The position numbers and the translations under genes are program-made. From Gammaproteobacteria bacterium (GTDB taxonomy: Bacteria > Pseudomonadota > Gammaproteobacteria > JBCCGL01): a stretch of 64,000 nucleotides of DNA. The stretch spans positions 416,001 to 480,000 of the forward strand of contig OZ255836.1 in NCBI GenBank assembly GCA_965277715.1, given 5' to 3'. Positions 1 to 11,714 of the stretch are shown here, one piece after another. The notes below the pieces were generated by a model. It was not told the DNA's origin and made no database searches. It saw only the letters and a program-made list of their open reading frames with translations. The first letter of the stretch is position 1; every line of letters begins with the position of its first letter.

Positions 1-618
1 ATGTCGTTGTGTGCACACAAAGTGTACGGTCCTAAAGGCATTGGTGCACTGTATGTACAGCGTAAACCGCGTGTGCGCCTGGAGGCGCAAATTCACGGTG
101 GTGGGCATGAACGGGGTATGCGTTCCGGCACACTGGCCACGCATCAAATTGTTGGTATGGGGGAGGCATTTCGCATCGCTCACGAAGAGATGGAATTTGA
201 AAACGCACGGATTAAATCCCTGCGCGACCGGTTGTGGAATGGTTTCAAAGATATGGAGGAGGTGTACTTAAACGGCGATCTTAAACAGCGTGTGCCCGGC
301 AATTTAAATGTCAGCTTTAACTTCGTCGAAGGTGAGAGCTTAATTATGGCGATGAAGAATTTTGCCGTCTCCAGTGGCTCGGCCTGTACCAGTGCCAGCC
401 TCGAACCCTCTTATGTATTGCGTGCATTGGGCCGCAACGATGAGCTTGCGCACAGCTCGATCCGCTTCACACTGGGGCGCTACAGCACCGAGGCAGAAGT
501 GGACTTTACCATTAGCGAAGTGCGTACTGCGGTGGAAAAACTGCGGGCACTTTCACCGCTTTGGGATATGTATAAAGACGGCATCGATCTCGATACCGTC
601 GAATGGGCGCAGCACTAG
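1..618 (+). CDS. iscS: Cysteine desulfurase IscS (5' partial)
   Basis: PLP lysine motif AHKVYGPKG, catalytic SSGSACTS, C-terminal [14 protein letters not shown]; upstream of iscU. Confidence 0.97.
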   Translation: MSLCAHKVYGPKGIGALYVQRKPRVRLEAQIHGGGHERGMRSGTLATHQIVGMGEAFRIAHEEMEFENARIKSLRDRLWNGFKDMEEVYLNGDLKQRVPGNLNVSFNFVEGESLIMAMKNFAVSSGSACTSASLEPSYVLRALGRNDELAHSSIRFTLGRYSTEAEVDFTISEVRTAVEKLRALSPLWDMYKDGIDLDTVEWAQH

Positions 619-729
619 CGCGGAAAAAGGCCGAAATCAGGCTGTGAAGAGGATTGAGAGCACCCCTTAATACGACTGACAAACAATTGTTCCACTATTA
701 TTTTTTGATACACATTCTGGAGAAGACCA

Positions 730-1134
730 ATGGCTTACAGTGACAAAGTACTCGACCATTACGAAAACCCTCGCAACGTCGGCACAATGGATAACAGCGA
801 CCCCAATGTTGGCACTGGCATGGTCGGTGCACCCGCTTGCGGTGATGTGATGCGCCTGCAAATTAAAGTAGGTGACGACGGCGTTATCGAAGACGCAAAA
901 TTTAAAACCTATGGCTGTGGTTCTGCCATCGCCTCTTCATCGCTATTGACCGAATGGGTGCGCGGCAAAACGCTTGAAGAAGCCTCTTTAATTAAAAATA
1001 AAGACATTGCCGAAGAGCTGGCGCTACCGCCGGTCAAGATTCACTGTTCGGTACTAGCTGAAGACGCTATCTCTGCGGCCATTGCCGATGTTAAGGAAAA
1101 GCGCGGGAAAACCGTCGACAGTGCGGCTGCGTAA
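730..1134 (+). CDS. iscU: Fe-S scaffold IscU
   Basis: MAYSDKVLDHYENPRNVG, GAPACGD, LPPVKIHC motifs. Confidence 0.98.
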   Translation: MAYSDKVLDHYENPRNVGTMDNSDPNVGTGMVGAPACGDVMRLQIKVGDDGVIEDAKFKTYGCGSAIASSSLLTEWVRGKTLEEASLIKNKDIAEELALPPVKIHCSVLAEDAISAAIADVKEKRGKTVDSAAA

Positions 1135-1147
1135 AGGGTAACAGTCT

Positions 1148-1471
1148 ATGGCCATTACACTGACAGATGCTGCGGCAAACCGGGTGTCGCAGTTTATTGC
1201 CAATCGGGGAAAGGGGCTGGGGTTGCGACTGGGTGTGCGCACAACAGGTTGTTCCGGTATGGCTTACATCGTCGAATTTGCCGATGAAATTGCAGACAGT
1301 GACGTTGTCTTTGATGACAACAACATTAAAGTGGTTATCGACCCAAAAAGCCTGATTTACCTTGATGGCACTGAATTGGATTTTGCCAAGGAAGGATTAA
1401 ACGAAGGGTTTAAGTTTAATAACCCCAATGTCAAAGATGAATGCGGCTGTGGTGAGAGTTTTACTATCTAG
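1148..1471 (+). CDS. iscA: Fe-S carrier IscA
   Basis: GCSGMAY and CGCGESF motifs; isc operon order. Confidence 0.97.
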   Translation: MAITLTDAAANRVSQFIANRGKGLGLRLGVRTTGCSGMAYIVEFADEIADSDVVFDDNNIKVVIDPKSLIYLDGTELDFAKEGLNEGFKFNNPNVKDECGCGESFTI

Positions 1472-1520
1472 TGATCCGCTCTATAGATCATTCCCAGAAA
1501 TAACCAGGTGACCTTCAAAC

Positions 1521-1562
1521 ACCCCCCCGACCCCCGCTTTGCGAAAGAGGGGGCGGGGTTTT
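1521..1562 (+). terminator. GC-rich hairpin between iscA and hscB (terminator or REP-like palindrome)
   Basis: ACCCCCCCGACCCCCGCTTT-GCG-AAAGAGGGGGCGGGGT imperfect stem followed by a short T run. Confidence 0.4.
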
Positions 1563-1670
1563 CACTGTGAATGGCAGCATACTTAAGCAAATGCAGATCT
1601 AATGGTCTTTTAAGACCCTCTCTATAACCTTATAGAGGCGGCAGGAACAATAACCTTCACTGGATTTTTT

Positions 1671-2210
1671 GTGCTCGATTTAAAACAAAATTATTTTGAT
1701 TTATTTTCGCTACCGGTCAGTTTTGCGGTGGAAGCGGCGGTGTTGACAAACAACTACCGCGCTTTGCAGCAAGTGGTACACCCCGATAAATTTGCCAACG
1801 GTACAGCACAACAAAAACGATTTTCCATTCAAGCCGCTGCCTATATCAATGAGGCCTACCAGGTATTGGGTGATGGGCTGAAAAGAGCCGCTTACTTACT
1901 GTCACTACAAGGTATCGACCTGAATGCAGAAACTGACACGCAGGTTGATCCCGCTTTTTTGATGGCACAAATCGAATATCGCGAACAATTAGAGGCAGTT
2001 TCTACCAGCGAGGATCCGTTTTCTGCCGCAGACAGTTTACGCCGTGCGATCACCGCAGACGTGGCCGCTTTGCAACGGGACGTTAGCCAGCAGTTGTTTG
2101 AACAGGCGTTTGATGCGGCGCGTGATACGGTGCGAAAATGGCAGTTTCTGGCAAAACTGACCCACGAACTGAGTGAAACGGAATACCAGCTCGAAGAGAG
2201 CGGTGGCTGA
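1671..2210 (+). CDS. hscB: Co-chaperone HscB
   Basis: J-domain HPDKF, NYFDLF start; GTG start; operon position. Confidence 0.95.
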   Translation: MLDLKQNYFDLFSLPVSFAVEAAVLTNNYRALQQVVHPDKFANGTAQQKRFSIQAAAYINEAYQVLGDGLKRAAYLLSLQGIDLNAETDTQVDPAFLMAQIEYREQLEAVSTSEDPFSAADSLRRAITADVAALQRDVSQQLFEQAFDAARDTVRKWQFLAKLTHELSETEYQLEESGG

Positions 2211-2213
2211 TCT

Positions 2214-4106
2214 ATGGCACTTTTACAAATAGCAGAACCGGGACAATCGACCGTACCGCATCAACGGCGGCTGGCTGTCGGCATCGATTTAGGCACCACC
2301 AATTCGCTGGTTGCCAGTGTGCGCAGTGGCACAGCAGAAGTGCTGCCCGATGAACAGGGCAGGGTGTTACTGCCCTCGGTGGTGCGCTACCTGGAAACCA
2401 GTGAACGCATTGTTGGCAGTGAGGCAAAACAACAGGCGGTCAACGATCCATTGAATACAATCAGTTCAGTGAAGCGCTTGATTGGCCGCAGTTATAGCGA
2501 GGTGACTGAAAGTGCCGTTGCAAGCGGCCATACACACTATCGGTTTTCACCAGGCCCATCGGGCCTGCCGTGTATCGATACCGTTGCGGGCAGTTTTAAC
2601 CCGATAGACATCTCTGCCGATATTCTCTCCAGCCTGCGCGCACGTGCTGAAGCCACGTTAGGTGGTGAGCTGGTCGGTGCGGTGATTACTGTGCCCGCTT
2701 ATTTCGATGATGCGCAACGACAATCGACAAAAGATGCCGCGCAATTGGCTGGCCTGCATGTGTTGCGCTTGATTAACGAACCGACAGCCGCAGCCATTGC
2801 CTATGGGTTGGATAAAGCCTCTGAAGGCATTACAGTAATCTACGATTTTGGTGGAGGCACTTTTGATGTGTCTGTGCTGCGCTTGAACAAAGGGTTGTTT
2901 GAAGTCATGGCGACGGCGGGTGACACAGCGCTCGGCGGTGATGATATCGATGCCTGCCTGGCGCGTTGGTTAGCGCAGCAAATGGGTGTGGTGTTTGGCA
3001 GCACAGCAGCGACTGATCGCGCATTATTGGATACGGCGCGTGCAACAAAACAATCACTGAGTGATGCCGAAACGGTATCGATTGCTGTTCCCAGTGAGTT
3101 GGGGGTTGCAACGTTGCGCCAGCCAAGCCTGTCACGGCAGCAGTTTGACGCATTAATTGAGCCCTTAATACGTCGCACCCTGAGCCCGTGTCGGCGCGCA
3201 CTGCGCGATGCCGGTGTCGATAAAGACCAGGTATGTGCCGTGGTGATGGTCGGCGGCTCAACGCGTATACCATTGGTGCGCACAACGATCAGCACATTCT
3301 TTAACCGCCAGGTGTTGACGCATATCGACCCCGACAAAGTCGTTGCCGTTGGTGCCGCGATTCAGGCCGATGTGCTCGCGGGCAATAAAACCGACGATGA
3401 AATGCTGTTGCTGGATGTAACACCGCTGTCACTCGGTGTGGAAATGATGGGCGGGCTCACCGAAAAAGTCATTCCCCGCAACACCACAATACCGGTTGCC
3501 CGCGCCCAGGAATTTACCACGTATGAAGATGGGCAAACGGCCATGGCATTGCACGTTGTTCAGGGTGAGCGGGAGCTGGTCGAAGACTGTCGCTCGCTGG
3601 CGCGCTTTGAATTGCGCGGGTTTCCACCGATGGTGGCGGGCGCAGCGCGGATTCAGGTGACGTTTCAAGTGGATGCCGATGGCTTACTCACCGTAACCGC
3701 AAACGAGAAAAACAGCGGTGTGCAGGCCAGCATCGACGTTAAGCCCTCCTTTGGGCTGGCAGACGGTGAAATTGAAACCATGTTGCGTGAGTCGATGGAC
3801 CTGGCCAGCGACGATATACAGGCACGCCGCCTGCGCGAGCAACAGGTAGAAGCCGACCGCGTGATTGAGGCACTGGACTCAGCGCTGCAAAAAGACGCTG
3901 AACAGTTTCTCGATGAAAATGAGAGAAACCAAATTGATGCAGCGCGCAATACCTTACTGACAGCGAGACAAAGCAGCGATGTCAGCGCAATCAAAACCGC
4001 TATTTCCACACTTGAAAAAGCCAGCGAAGGCTATGTCGCCAAACGTATGAACGCGAGCGTTGATGCAGCGATGTCGGGTCATCATATTGACGAGTATCAG
4101 GCTTAG
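2214..4106 (+). CDS. hscA: Hsp70 chaperone HscA
   Basis: [10 protein letters not shown] start, GIDLGTTNS and DFGGGTFD Hsp70 motifs. Confidence 0.97.
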   Translation: MALLQIAEPGQSTVPHQRRLAVGIDLGTTNSLVASVRSGTAEVLPDEQGRVLLPSVVRYLETSERIVGSEAKQQAVNDPLNTISSVKRLIGRSYSEVTESAVASGHTHYRFSPGPSGLPCIDTVAGSFNPIDISADILSSLRARAEATLGGELVGAVITVPAYFDDAQRQSTKDAAQLAGLHVLRLINEPTAAAIAYGLDKASEGITVIYDFGGGTFDVSVLRLNKGLFEVMATAGDTALGGDDIDACLARWLAQQMGVVFGSTAATDRALLDTARATKQSLSDAETVSIAVPSELGVATLRQPSLSRQQFDALIEPLIRRTLSPCRRALRDAGVDKDQVCAVVMVGGSTRIPLVRTTISTFFNRQVLTHIDPDKVVAVGAAIQADVLAGNKTDDEMLLLDVTPLSLGVEMMGGLTEKVIPRNTTIPVARAQEFTTYEDGQTAMALHVVQGERELVEDCRSLARFELRGFPPMVAGAARIQVTFQVDADGLLTVTANEKNSGVQASIDVKPSFGLADGEIETMLRESMDLASDDIQARRLREQQVEADRVIEALDSALQKDAEQFLDENERNQIDAARNTLLTARQSSDVSAIKTAISTLEKASEGYVAKRMNASVDAAMSGHHIDEYQA

Positions 4107-4148
4107 AAACCTGTCGGTCAGGTTTGTTAACAACGAGTATTAATCCAT

Positions 4149-4487
4149 ATGCCGCAAATAGTTGTACTACCCCATGAAGAAATGTGCCCCGACGGGGTCG
4201 TGCTCGATGTTGAATCAGGCATTTCAATTTGTGATGCCCTGTTGAAAAACGGTGTTGATATTGAGCACGCCTGTGAAAAGTCCTGCGCGTGTACAACCTG
4301 CCACGTTTACATACGGGAGGGTTACGATTCACTTGAAGAGGCGACCGAACTGGAAGACGATTATCTCGATAAAGCCTGGGGGCTGGACACCGAATCGCGA
4401 TTGAGTTGCCAGGCACTGGTCGCCAGTGACGACCTCATTGTCGAAATCCCCAAATACACGATTAACATGGTCTCTGAAAATCACTGA
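4149..4487 (+). CDS. fdx: ISC [2Fe-2S] ferredoxin
   Basis: HACEKSCACTTCH...RLSCQ motif. Confidence 0.97.
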   Translation: MPQIVVLPHEEMCPDGVVLDVESGISICDALLKNGVDIEHACEKSCACTTCHVYIREGYDSLEEATELEDDYLDKAWGLDTESRLSCQALVASDDLIVEIPKYTINMVSENH

Positions 4488-4497
4488 GGATCCTACT

Positions 4498-4692
4498 ATG
4501 CAGTGGACTGATACATTAGAAATTGCCATTCAACTCGATGAAGCACACCCGGATATCGATCCACAATATGTGCGTTTTACCGATCTGCATGCCTGGGTCT
4601 GCGCGCTGGATGAGTTTGCCGACGACGCTGAACGGTCTAACGAAAAAATCCTCGAAGCCATTCAAATGGCCTGGATCGATGAACGCGACTGA
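4498..4692 (+). CDS. iscX: IscX
   Basis: MQWTDTLEIAIQL...RFTDL...EKILEAIQMAW; ATG at 4498 after a GAGGA RBS. Confidence 0.93.
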   Translation: MQWTDTLEIAIQLDEAHPDIDPQYVRFTDLHAWVCALDEFADDAERSNEKILEAIQMAWIDERD

Positions 4693-4943
4693 TGTAAGGG
4701 GTATCCTAAAAACGCCACGAGTGAAAATAAGATAGGGCGGAAATTGACAAAAAAGCGCAGTTTGCACAGAGTAAATGAACATTTTTTGTCCGCTTCCAGC
4801 ACTGCATCACCGGGCGCAGTCGTTTTAAAATACCCTTTTTATGCGGTAAGGCAGGGCGTATCAGCCATACTGTGCGCTTTATAAGCATAGGGAACCCCAG
4901 TACAATAGCCTGTTTACCCACGTAAATCTGGAGTCCATTATAA

Positions 4944-5372
4944 ATGGCTATTGAGCAAACCTTTTCCATCGTTAAACCCGACGCAGTGGCAAAAAATGTC
5001 ATTGGTGAAATTTACAGTCGCTTTGAAAAAGCGGGCCTGAAAATTGTCGCTTCACGTATGTTGCATATGAGTGAGCAGCAGGCACAGGCTTTTTACGCCG
5101 TCCATAAAGAGCGTCCTTTTTATAGTGATCTGGTGGCTTTTATGACCTCAGGCCCGGTAATGGTACAAGTGCTGGAAGGCGAAAATGCCATTGCGCGCAA
5201 TCGTGAAATTATGGGGGCGACTAACCCTGCGGATGCCGATGCCGGTACTATTCGTGCAGATTTTGCCAGCAACGTGGAAGAAAACGCCGTACACGGTTCC
5301 GACGCGGTAGAAACTGCGCGTGAAGAGATTGCATTCTTCTTTCCCGATGGGGTTTGCCAGCGCACCCGCTAA
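4944..5372 (+). CDS. ndk: Nucleoside diphosphate kinase
   Basis: KPDAV, GATNP, NAVHGSD motifs. Confidence 0.98.
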   Translation: MAIEQTFSIVKPDAVAKNVIGEIYSRFEKAGLKIVASRMLHMSEQQAQAFYAVHKERPFYSDLVAFMTSGPVMVQVLEGENAIARNREIMGATNPADADAGTIRADFASNVEENAVHGSDAVETAREEIAFFFPDGVCQRTR

Positions 5373-5379
5373 GCTCACT

Positions 5380-6576
5380 ATGCCAAGACAAACTGCTAAA
5401 ACAAAGTTTAACCTGCTGGATTACGACCGGCAGGGTTTGCAGGATCTGTTTGTCTCGCTGGAAGAAAAACCCTTTCGTGCCACCCAGTTGATGAAATGGG
5501 TATACCAGGCGGGTGAAGATGATTTCACCCGCATGAGCAACCTCAGCAAAGTGTTAAGGGAAAAACTGTCGCGCCTTGCCGAAGTGCGTATGCCCGAGGT
5601 GGCGTTGGCACATAAATCCACCGACGGCACCTGGAAATGGCTGTTCAGGCTCGACAGTGGCAATAGCATCGAATGCGTATATATCCCCGAAACCAACCGT
5701 GGCACATTGTGTATTTCCACACAGGTCGGCTGTGCACTCGATTGCTCATTTTGTGCCACCGCGAGAGAAGGCTTTAATCGCAACCTGAGCACGGCAGAAA
5801 TCATTGGTCAGTTGCGTTTAGCGAATCAGCTATTAGCGCAGGATGCGGCCCAGGACGCAACCCGGAGCACGAGCCAGGGCACGGTTCAGGATACTGCGGC
5901 CCAAAGTGTTTTGGAAAAGGGCAGCCCCCATGGTCCACCACGCATTAGCAATATCGTGTTGATGGGCATGGGTGAACCTCTGGCAAACTTTGATAATGTT
6001 GTCAAAGCATTGCGTTTGATGATGGATGATTTTGCCTATGGCCTCAGCAAACGGCGGGTAACCCTAAGTACCTCTGGTATTGTACCGGCCATGTATCGCC
6101 TTTACGATGCGGTTGACGTTGCCCTGGCGGTTTCACTGCACGCCCCCAACGATGCATTGCGTGATCAACTAGTGCCCATTAACCGCAAATACCCTATTGA
6201 TCAATTGATGCAGGCGTGCCACCGTTATGTACAGGGAGACCGTAAAAAACACGTTACCTTTGAATACGTTATGTTGGCGGGAGTTAATGACCAGGCGGAG
6301 CACGCCCGTGAACTATTGGCGCTGGTGCGCAATATGCCGGCAAAGGTTAATCTGATTCCATTTAACCCATTTGCCGCATCTGGCTACCGTTGTTCGAGCC
6401 GTGAAGTGATCGATCAGTTTCGAAAAATACTCAGTGATGGCGGACTAATCGCCGTGACGAGAAAGACCCGGGGCGATGATATCAGCGCAGCCTGTGGGCA
6501 GTTGGCGGGAAAAATTGAAGATAAAAGCCGTCGACAGCTAAAGTTTTCCCAACTCAGATTTGGCGAGCAGGCATGA
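5380..6576 (+). CDS. rlmN: 23S rRNA/tRNA methyltransferase RlmN
   Basis: Radical [23 protein letters not shown]; ATG at 5380. Confidence 0.96.
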   Translation: MPRQTAKTKFNLLDYDRQGLQDLFVSLEEKPFRATQLMKWVYQAGEDDFTRMSNLSKVLREKLSRLAEVRMPEVALAHKSTDGTWKWLFRLDSGNSIECVYIPETNRGTLCISTQVGCALDCSFCATAREGFNRNLSTAEIIGQLRLANQLLAQDAAQDATRSTSQGTVQDTAAQSVLEKGSPHGPPRISNIVLMGMGEPLANFDNVVKALRLMMDDFAYGLSKRRVTLSTSGIVPAMYRLYDAVDVALAVSLHAPNDALRDQLVPINRKYPIDQLMQACHRYVQGDRKKHVTFEYVMLAGVNDQAEHARELLALVRNMPAKVNLIPFNPFAASGYRCSSREVIDQFRKILSDGGLIAVTRKTRGDDISAACGQLAGKIEDKSRRQLKFSQLRFGEQA

Positions 6577-7328
6577 CAAAAAAAGTAATATATATGCTAT
6601 TACTGATGGTGTTATTGCCCGCTTGCACGACGACGACATCCTCACCAAATACCGGCAATCTGAAAAAAGCGGCAGAATATAACGCCAGCCTGGGTTCCCA
6701 ATACCTGAATGCCGGTGAATTAAAAAAAGCCCGCGCCAAATTGCTAAAGGCACTCGATCAGGATAGCGAAAATGCCGAGGCAAATTTTTCCTACGGCTTG
6801 CTATTATCCCGTGTTAAGCAGGCCCCACAGGCCGAGACTTACTTTCTCAAGGCAATCAAACTGGCCCCGGATGAAACGTACTATCAGGATACGTTTGGTA
6901 TATTTCTATGCCGCCTCGATCGTTTTGATGAGGCCAATACGTGGTTTATCCAAGCGGCCAACAACCCATACAATGAAACCCCCGAATACGCTTACAATAA
7001 CGCCGGAAGCTGTGCATTGAGCCAGGGAAAACGATTGGAGGCAGAAGAGAGTATCCGCCAGGCACTGCGCAAAAATCCGCGCTTTGCACCCGCTTTATTG
7101 AATATGGCTGAACTCTCTCTCGATCTGAAAAAATACCGTATCGCCAAAGCCTATTATTCACGCGCATTGAAATACACCAAACAAACAGCCGATAGTTTGT
7201 GGTTAGGCGTTAAAATCAACAGATTATTAGGTGATCGACGAGCAGTGGACAACTACGGTTTGATGCTGAAGCGGGATTTCCCACAATCCCAGGAAACCTT
7301 GTTATACCTGGAATCAAAACAGCTATGA
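6573..7328 (+). CDS. pilW: Type IV pilus biogenesis TPR lipoprotein PilW/PilF
   Basis: Lipobox LPAC, TPR repeats, position between rlmN and rodZ. Confidence 0.88.
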   Translation: MTKKVIYMLLLMVLLPACTTTTSSPNTGNLKKAAEYNASLGSQYLNAGELKKARAKLLKALDQDSENAEANFSYGLLLSRVKQAPQAETYFLKAIKLAPDETYYQDTFGIFLCRLDRFDEANTWFIQAANNPYNETPEYAYNNAGSCALSQGKRLEAEESIRQALRKNPRFAPALLNMAELSLDLKKYRIAKAYYSRALKYTKQTADSLWLGVKINRLLGDRRAVDNYGLMLKRDFPQSQETLLYLESKQL

Positions 7329-8356
7329 GCGAAGAGATACAAATAGAAAGTGTTGGTAGCCAGTTACGCAAAGCACGCGAACAGCAACAATTAGCCCAGG
7401 AATTGGTGGCAGGCCGGTTAAACCTGAGCGTACAAACTATTGACGCATTGGAAACAGACGATTTAGATAAATTGCCCCCTCCATCCTTTACGCGTGGGTA
7501 TCTGCGTGCCTATGCAAAATTGCTCGCTATGGACTCAGATGACCTCATCGTTGCCTATAACAAACACGCACCGATCGAGCCGGAGTTGATGCCTAAAAGC
7601 CAAATGATCAATGAGAACAAAAAGCGATCTCCGGTAATGGCCTGGGCAACGTTAGCGATTATATTGATTATATTGACACTGCTGGGAATGTGGTGGTATG
7701 GCGTGTCTAACCCGGAAAGTGGTATCGGTGGGTTTGAGCTTTTGTCTGGCCAAACCGATGACGAGGGTGGCGATGAAACAGAAAAAGAGGCAACAGTGTC
7801 ACTGCGCACGATAGACATAGCACCTGAAAATACCGGGCAATCTGATGGTGAGCCATTGCCGGATGGTACGCTGAAATTACCCACTCAAACGCAACCCGAA
7901 GACAATACATCTGAAAACACACCACCAAATAATCCAACGGATGAAGCCGCAGCGGGTGGGAATACCACTAACACGGATGATTCAAACGAGGTGGGGTTTA
8001 TAGGTCAATCGCCTGCCAAATTAACCTCTATTGATGATGTAGTGACTACGCGTGACGATACACAGAAGCAGGCAACCCTGTCTTCACCCAAGAAGGTGGA
8101 TGTACTGGAAATCCAAAGTGAAAACGACTCCTGGGTGGAGGTTGTCGATGCCAATGGCGCCCGCTTAATGTACGATATGTTAGCCAAAACACAAAAACGC
8201 GAATTGCGTGGCACAGCGCCCTTTCTGATTTTTCTTGGTCACGCGCCCGGTATTTCAATGACAATGAATGGCATAGCAGTGAAAGCGCCAGAGTATAGTC
8301 AAAGCAGTAAAACCTCACGTTTTATCGTCTATTCGGACGGTAGCCAAAATCTCTGA
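7325..8356 (+). CDS. rodZ: RodZ-family cytoskeleton protein
   Basis: N-terminal HTH (RGYLRAYAKLL), single TM, C-terminal SWVEVVDANG domain. Confidence 0.9.
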   Translation: MSEEIQIESVGSQLRKAREQQQLAQELVAGRLNLSVQTIDALETDDLDKLPPPSFTRGYLRAYAKLLAMDSDDLIVAYNKHAPIEPELMPKSQMINENKKRSPVMAWATLAIILIILTLLGMWWYGVSNPESGIGGFELLSGQTDDEGGDETEKEATVSLRTIDIAPENTGQSDGEPLPDGTLKLPTQTQPEDNTSENTPPNNPTDEAAAGGNTTNTDDSNEVGFIGQSPAKLTSIDDVVTTRDDTQKQATLSSPKKVDVLEIQSENDSWVEVVDANGARLMYDMLAKTQKRELRGTAPFLIFLGHAPGISMTMNGIAVKAPEYSQSSKTSRFIVYSDGSQNL

Positions 8357-8392
8357 TGCCCTCCTCAGCACCCTCTTGTACACACTGATTCC

Positions 8393-9673
8393 ATGAGCCA
8401 GACAATTAACAGTATCCGCGGGATGCACGACATCCTGCCAGTGCACAATGATGCCTGGCATTTTCTCGAAGAAAAAGTACGCCAGCTAATGGTGGGGTAT
8501 AACTACGCGGAAATTCGCACCCCGATTATTGAAAAAACAGCACTATTTTGCCGCTCGATTGGTGAGGTAACCGATATTGTTGAAAAGGAAATGTACACAT
8601 TTGCCGACCGTAACGGCGACAGTTTGAGCCTGCGTCCGGAAAATACCGCCAGTTGTGTACGCGCAGGTATAGAGCACGGTTTGTTGTACAACAATATCCA
8701 GCGCCTATGGTATAGCGGCCCGATGTTTCGCCACGAGCGCCCACAAAAAGGGCGGTACCGTCAGTTTCACCAAATTGGCGCTGAGGTTTTTGGTGTTGCC
8801 GGCCCCTATATCGAAGTGGAACTAATACTGATGAGTGCACGCCTATGGCGTCTGTTAGGCATTGATAGTGAAATACAATTGGAGATCAATAGCCTGGGTG
8901 ACAGTGAAGACCGCCAGCGCTACCGTGCCTGCCTGGTCGCTTATTTTGAGCAGCACAAAGACGTGCTTGACGACGATAGCCTGCGCCGGTTGCACAGTAA
9001 TCCACTGCGTATTCTGGACAGTAAAAACCCTGCGCTGCAGGCGCTGATCGAAGCGGCACCACGCCTGATGGATGAATTGAGCGATGCATCCCGTCAGCAC
9101 TTCCAGACATTGACAGAATTGCTCGACTGTAACGGTATTCCCTACCGCATAAACCACCGTCTGGTGCGCGGATTGGATTACTATAGCCATACAGTCTTTG
9201 AATGGGTAACGCAGCAACTGGGCGCTCAGGGTACGGTGTGTGCAGGCGGGCGTTACGATGGCTTAATTGAACAACTCGGTGGTAAGCCGACACCGGGCGC
9301 CGGGTGGGCAAGCGGTATTGAACGCTTGTTGGCACTTATCGACGTGAGGCAAAAACGGGTACCGGTGTGCTCACCACATGCTTATTTAGTGTTGTCTGGC
9401 GCGCGCGCGCGCACAGATGGCCTACCGCTGGCTGAGTACTTGCGTGATCAGGTGGATGCTTTGTGTTTGCAGGTCGATTGTTCGGGTGGCAGTATCAAAA
9501 GCCAGTTTAAACGGGCCGATAAAAGCGGGGCCGAGTTGGCGTTGGTGCTCGGTGACGAGGAAATCGATGCGCAGACAATTACCGTTAAACCATTGCGGGG
9601 CGGCGGTGAACAGCAACCACTCGACCGACTGGCTTTGTGTGAATTATTGAAAAAAACGACGGGATGTACCTAA
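8393..9673 (+). CDS. hisS: Histidine-tRNA ligase
   Basis: [39 protein letters not shown]. Confidence 0.98.
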   Translation: MSQTINSIRGMHDILPVHNDAWHFLEEKVRQLMVGYNYAEIRTPIIEKTALFCRSIGEVTDIVEKEMYTFADRNGDSLSLRPENTASCVRAGIEHGLLYNNIQRLWYSGPMFRHERPQKGRYRQFHQIGAEVFGVAGPYIEVELILMSARLWRLLGIDSEIQLEINSLGDSEDRQRYRACLVAYFEQHKDVLDDDSLRRLHSNPLRILDSKNPALQALIEAAPRLMDELSDASRQHFQTLTELLDCNGIPYRINHRLVRGLDYYSHTVFEWVTQQLGAQGTVCAGGRYDGLIEQLGGKPTPGAGWASGIERLLALIDVRQKRVPVCSPHAYLVLSGARARTDGLPLAEYLRDQVDALCLQVDCSGGSIKSQFKRADKSGAELALVLGDEEIDAQTITVKPLRGGGEQQPLDRLALCELLKKTTGCT

Positions 9674-9807
9674 GTTAATCAGCTTAATTAATCAAACCGA
9701 TGAATCAACCGATGAACCCAGAGGCATTATCACGGGTGCAAAAAAGTGCCTGTTTGCAGGGTTGTTGGGTTAACAATTGCTATTGATAGTGATAGTGGAG
9801 TTTTGCG

Positions 9808-10443
9808 ATGAACGATACAGAAGAAGAACAAATTGAATCCATAAAAAAATGGTGGGCCGAAAATGGGCGTGCCATTATTATCGGCGTCATCATTGGCGCG
9901 GGGGGCATATTCGGCTGGCGTTTCTGGGAGGGACACCAACAGGGACAGGCCCAGGTGGCATCACTGGCCTACGAGGCCTTAGTCAGTGAATTTAATAAGG
10001 GGGATGCCGAACAAGTCGATACCCTTACCGAATCATTGAAGGACGAGCACGCATCGACGCCTTATGCGGCACTGGCATCCCTGTTAAACGCAAAGCTTGC
10101 CGTGGATAACAGCGAGCTGGACAAGGCGGCCAGTGCATTGCGCTGGGCCGTGGAAAACACACCGGAAGAAGGTGTGCGCAGCATTGCAAGGTTGCGTTTG
10201 TCACGGGTGCTGAGTGCACAGGATAACCACGATGATGCGCTCAGTGTGCTGAATAATAGTTTCCCGGATGCATACACGGCGTTGGTCGAAGAACTCAAAG
10301 GCGATGTGTTGGTGGCTCAAGGTAACCCGAGTCTGGCCCGCGAAGCGTATTCACGCGCCATGCTTACGGATCAGTCGCAAGGGAGCACCGCCCTGTTAAA
10401 AATGAAACTGGATGATCTATCTACCGTGGCAGATGAGTCATAA
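9808..10443 (+). CDS. yfgM: YfgM ancillary SecYEG TPR protein
   Basis: TEEEQIESIKKWWAENG start, TM, LRLSRV; between hisS and bamB. Confidence 0.92.
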   Translation: MNDTEEEQIESIKKWWAENGRAIIIGVIIGAGGIFGWRFWEGHQQGQAQVASLAYEALVSEFNKGDAEQVDTLTESLKDEHASTPYAALASLLNAKLAVDNSELDKAASALRWAVENTPEEGVRSIARLRLSRVLSAQDNHDDALSVLNNSFPDAYTALVEELKGDVLVAQGNPSLAREAYSRAMLTDQSQGSTALLKMKLDDLSTVADES

Positions 10444-10445
10444 TC

Positions 10446-11603
10446 ATGCGTTTGTTCAAAGTGCCCCGCTATTTATCTGCGTTACTGGTTGTCGGTGTAT
10501 TGGCGGCCTGCTCGGCCACCGATAACGCTGAACCGCCGACGCCATTGACCTCATTTCCCGCTACGGCCCGCGTGGTCAGCGTGTGGACATCGCGTATCAG
10601 TGGTGAGGCTAATTCTTTTGCCTACACACTCGTGCCGTATGTGCAGGGTGAAGCGGTTTATGTTGTCGATGACAAGGGCACTGTATTGGCGCTGTCTCAG
10701 GAAAGTGGTGAAACCTTATGGAAACAGTCACTTGATCTGAATGTATCAGCGGGTATCAGCGGTGATGGCAACAACCTTTACTTTGGCACACTACAGGGCG
10801 AGCTTGTCGCGCTCAATCAAGCCGATGGCAGTGAGTTGTGGCGCAATCAAATGACCACTGAAATCGTGGCGCCTCCCACTGCAGGTGATGGTGTGGTCGT
10901 TGCGCGCAGTATCAATGGCAGAGTATCCCTGTTTTCTGCCGATGACGGTGACGAACAGTGGACCTATAACCACAATGTGCCTGCGTTGACCATCCGTGGC
11001 AATAGCCCTGCTTTTTTAATGTCGAATGGCGTGTTGGTCGGGCTGGATAATGGCCGATTGTTAGCGCTTGACCTTGAGCGTGGCCAACCATTTTGGCAGG
11101 TAACGCTTTCTGAACCTTCCGGTCGTTCCGAAATTGAGCGGCTCAGCGATATTGACGCGAGTATCCAGACCGATAATGAATTTATCTATGCCGCTGGGTT
11201 TCAGGGGAAGCTGGCACAAATCAGCCCGGACAAAGGGCGCATTATATGGGCGCGTGAGGTATCCACTATCGCGGGTTTTCGCGTTACAGGTGACGCCATT
11301 TATGTCTCTGACACCGACAGCAATGTATGGTCTATCGACCGCAATACCGGTGCGGCACTGTGGAAACAGGAAAAACTGCGGGCGCGCCAGCTTACCGCTC
11401 CCGTGCCGATAGGCGAATATGTCGTGGTGGGGGATCTGGAAGGTTATGTGCACTGGCTTTCACGGATTGATGGCAGCTTGGCTGCACGCAAACGCATCGA
11501 TAGCAGCCGGATTGTCACTGCCGCTGCCGTGGCAGAGGGCACCTTGTTTGTGCAAACAGGTAATGGGGCGATTGCCGCTTTGCAAATTATTCCTGAGGAG
11601 TGA
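10446..11603 (+). CDS. bamB: Outer membrane assembly lipoprotein BamB
   Basis: Lipobox LAAC, PQQ-like WD repeats, SEIERLSDID, GDLEGYVHWL. Confidence 0.94.
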   Translation: MRLFKVPRYLSALLVVGVLAACSATDNAEPPTPLTSFPATARVVSVWTSRISGEANSFAYTLVPYVQGEAVYVVDDKGTVLALSQESGETLWKQSLDLNVSAGISGDGNNLYFGTLQGELVALNQADGSELWRNQMTTEIVAPPTAGDGVVVARSINGRVSLFSADDGDEQWTYNHNVPALTIRGNSPAFLMSNGVLVGLDNGRLLALDLERGQPFWQVTLSEPSGRSEIERLSDIDASIQTDNEFIYAAGFQGKLAQISPDKGRIIWAREVSTIAGFRVTGDAIYVSDTDSNVWSIDRNTGAALWKQEKLRARQLTAPVPIGEYVVVGDLEGYVHWLSRIDGSLAARKRIDSSRIVTAAAVAEGTLFVQTGNGAIAALQIIPEE

Positions 11604-11714
11604 TTTATAATTTGGATTAAACACGCATCATACAGGCATGTTTTTTGTGCTACAAAAAACGATCAAAAAAGATACCACCTGAGACGTTATTTACGTTTTT
11701 AACCCTAACACAAT

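Noticed and set aside
9680-9720. Short tandem AATCAA(A)CCGATG repeats after hisS
   Set aside because: Two to three degenerate units with no spacers; not CRISPR and no supportable function
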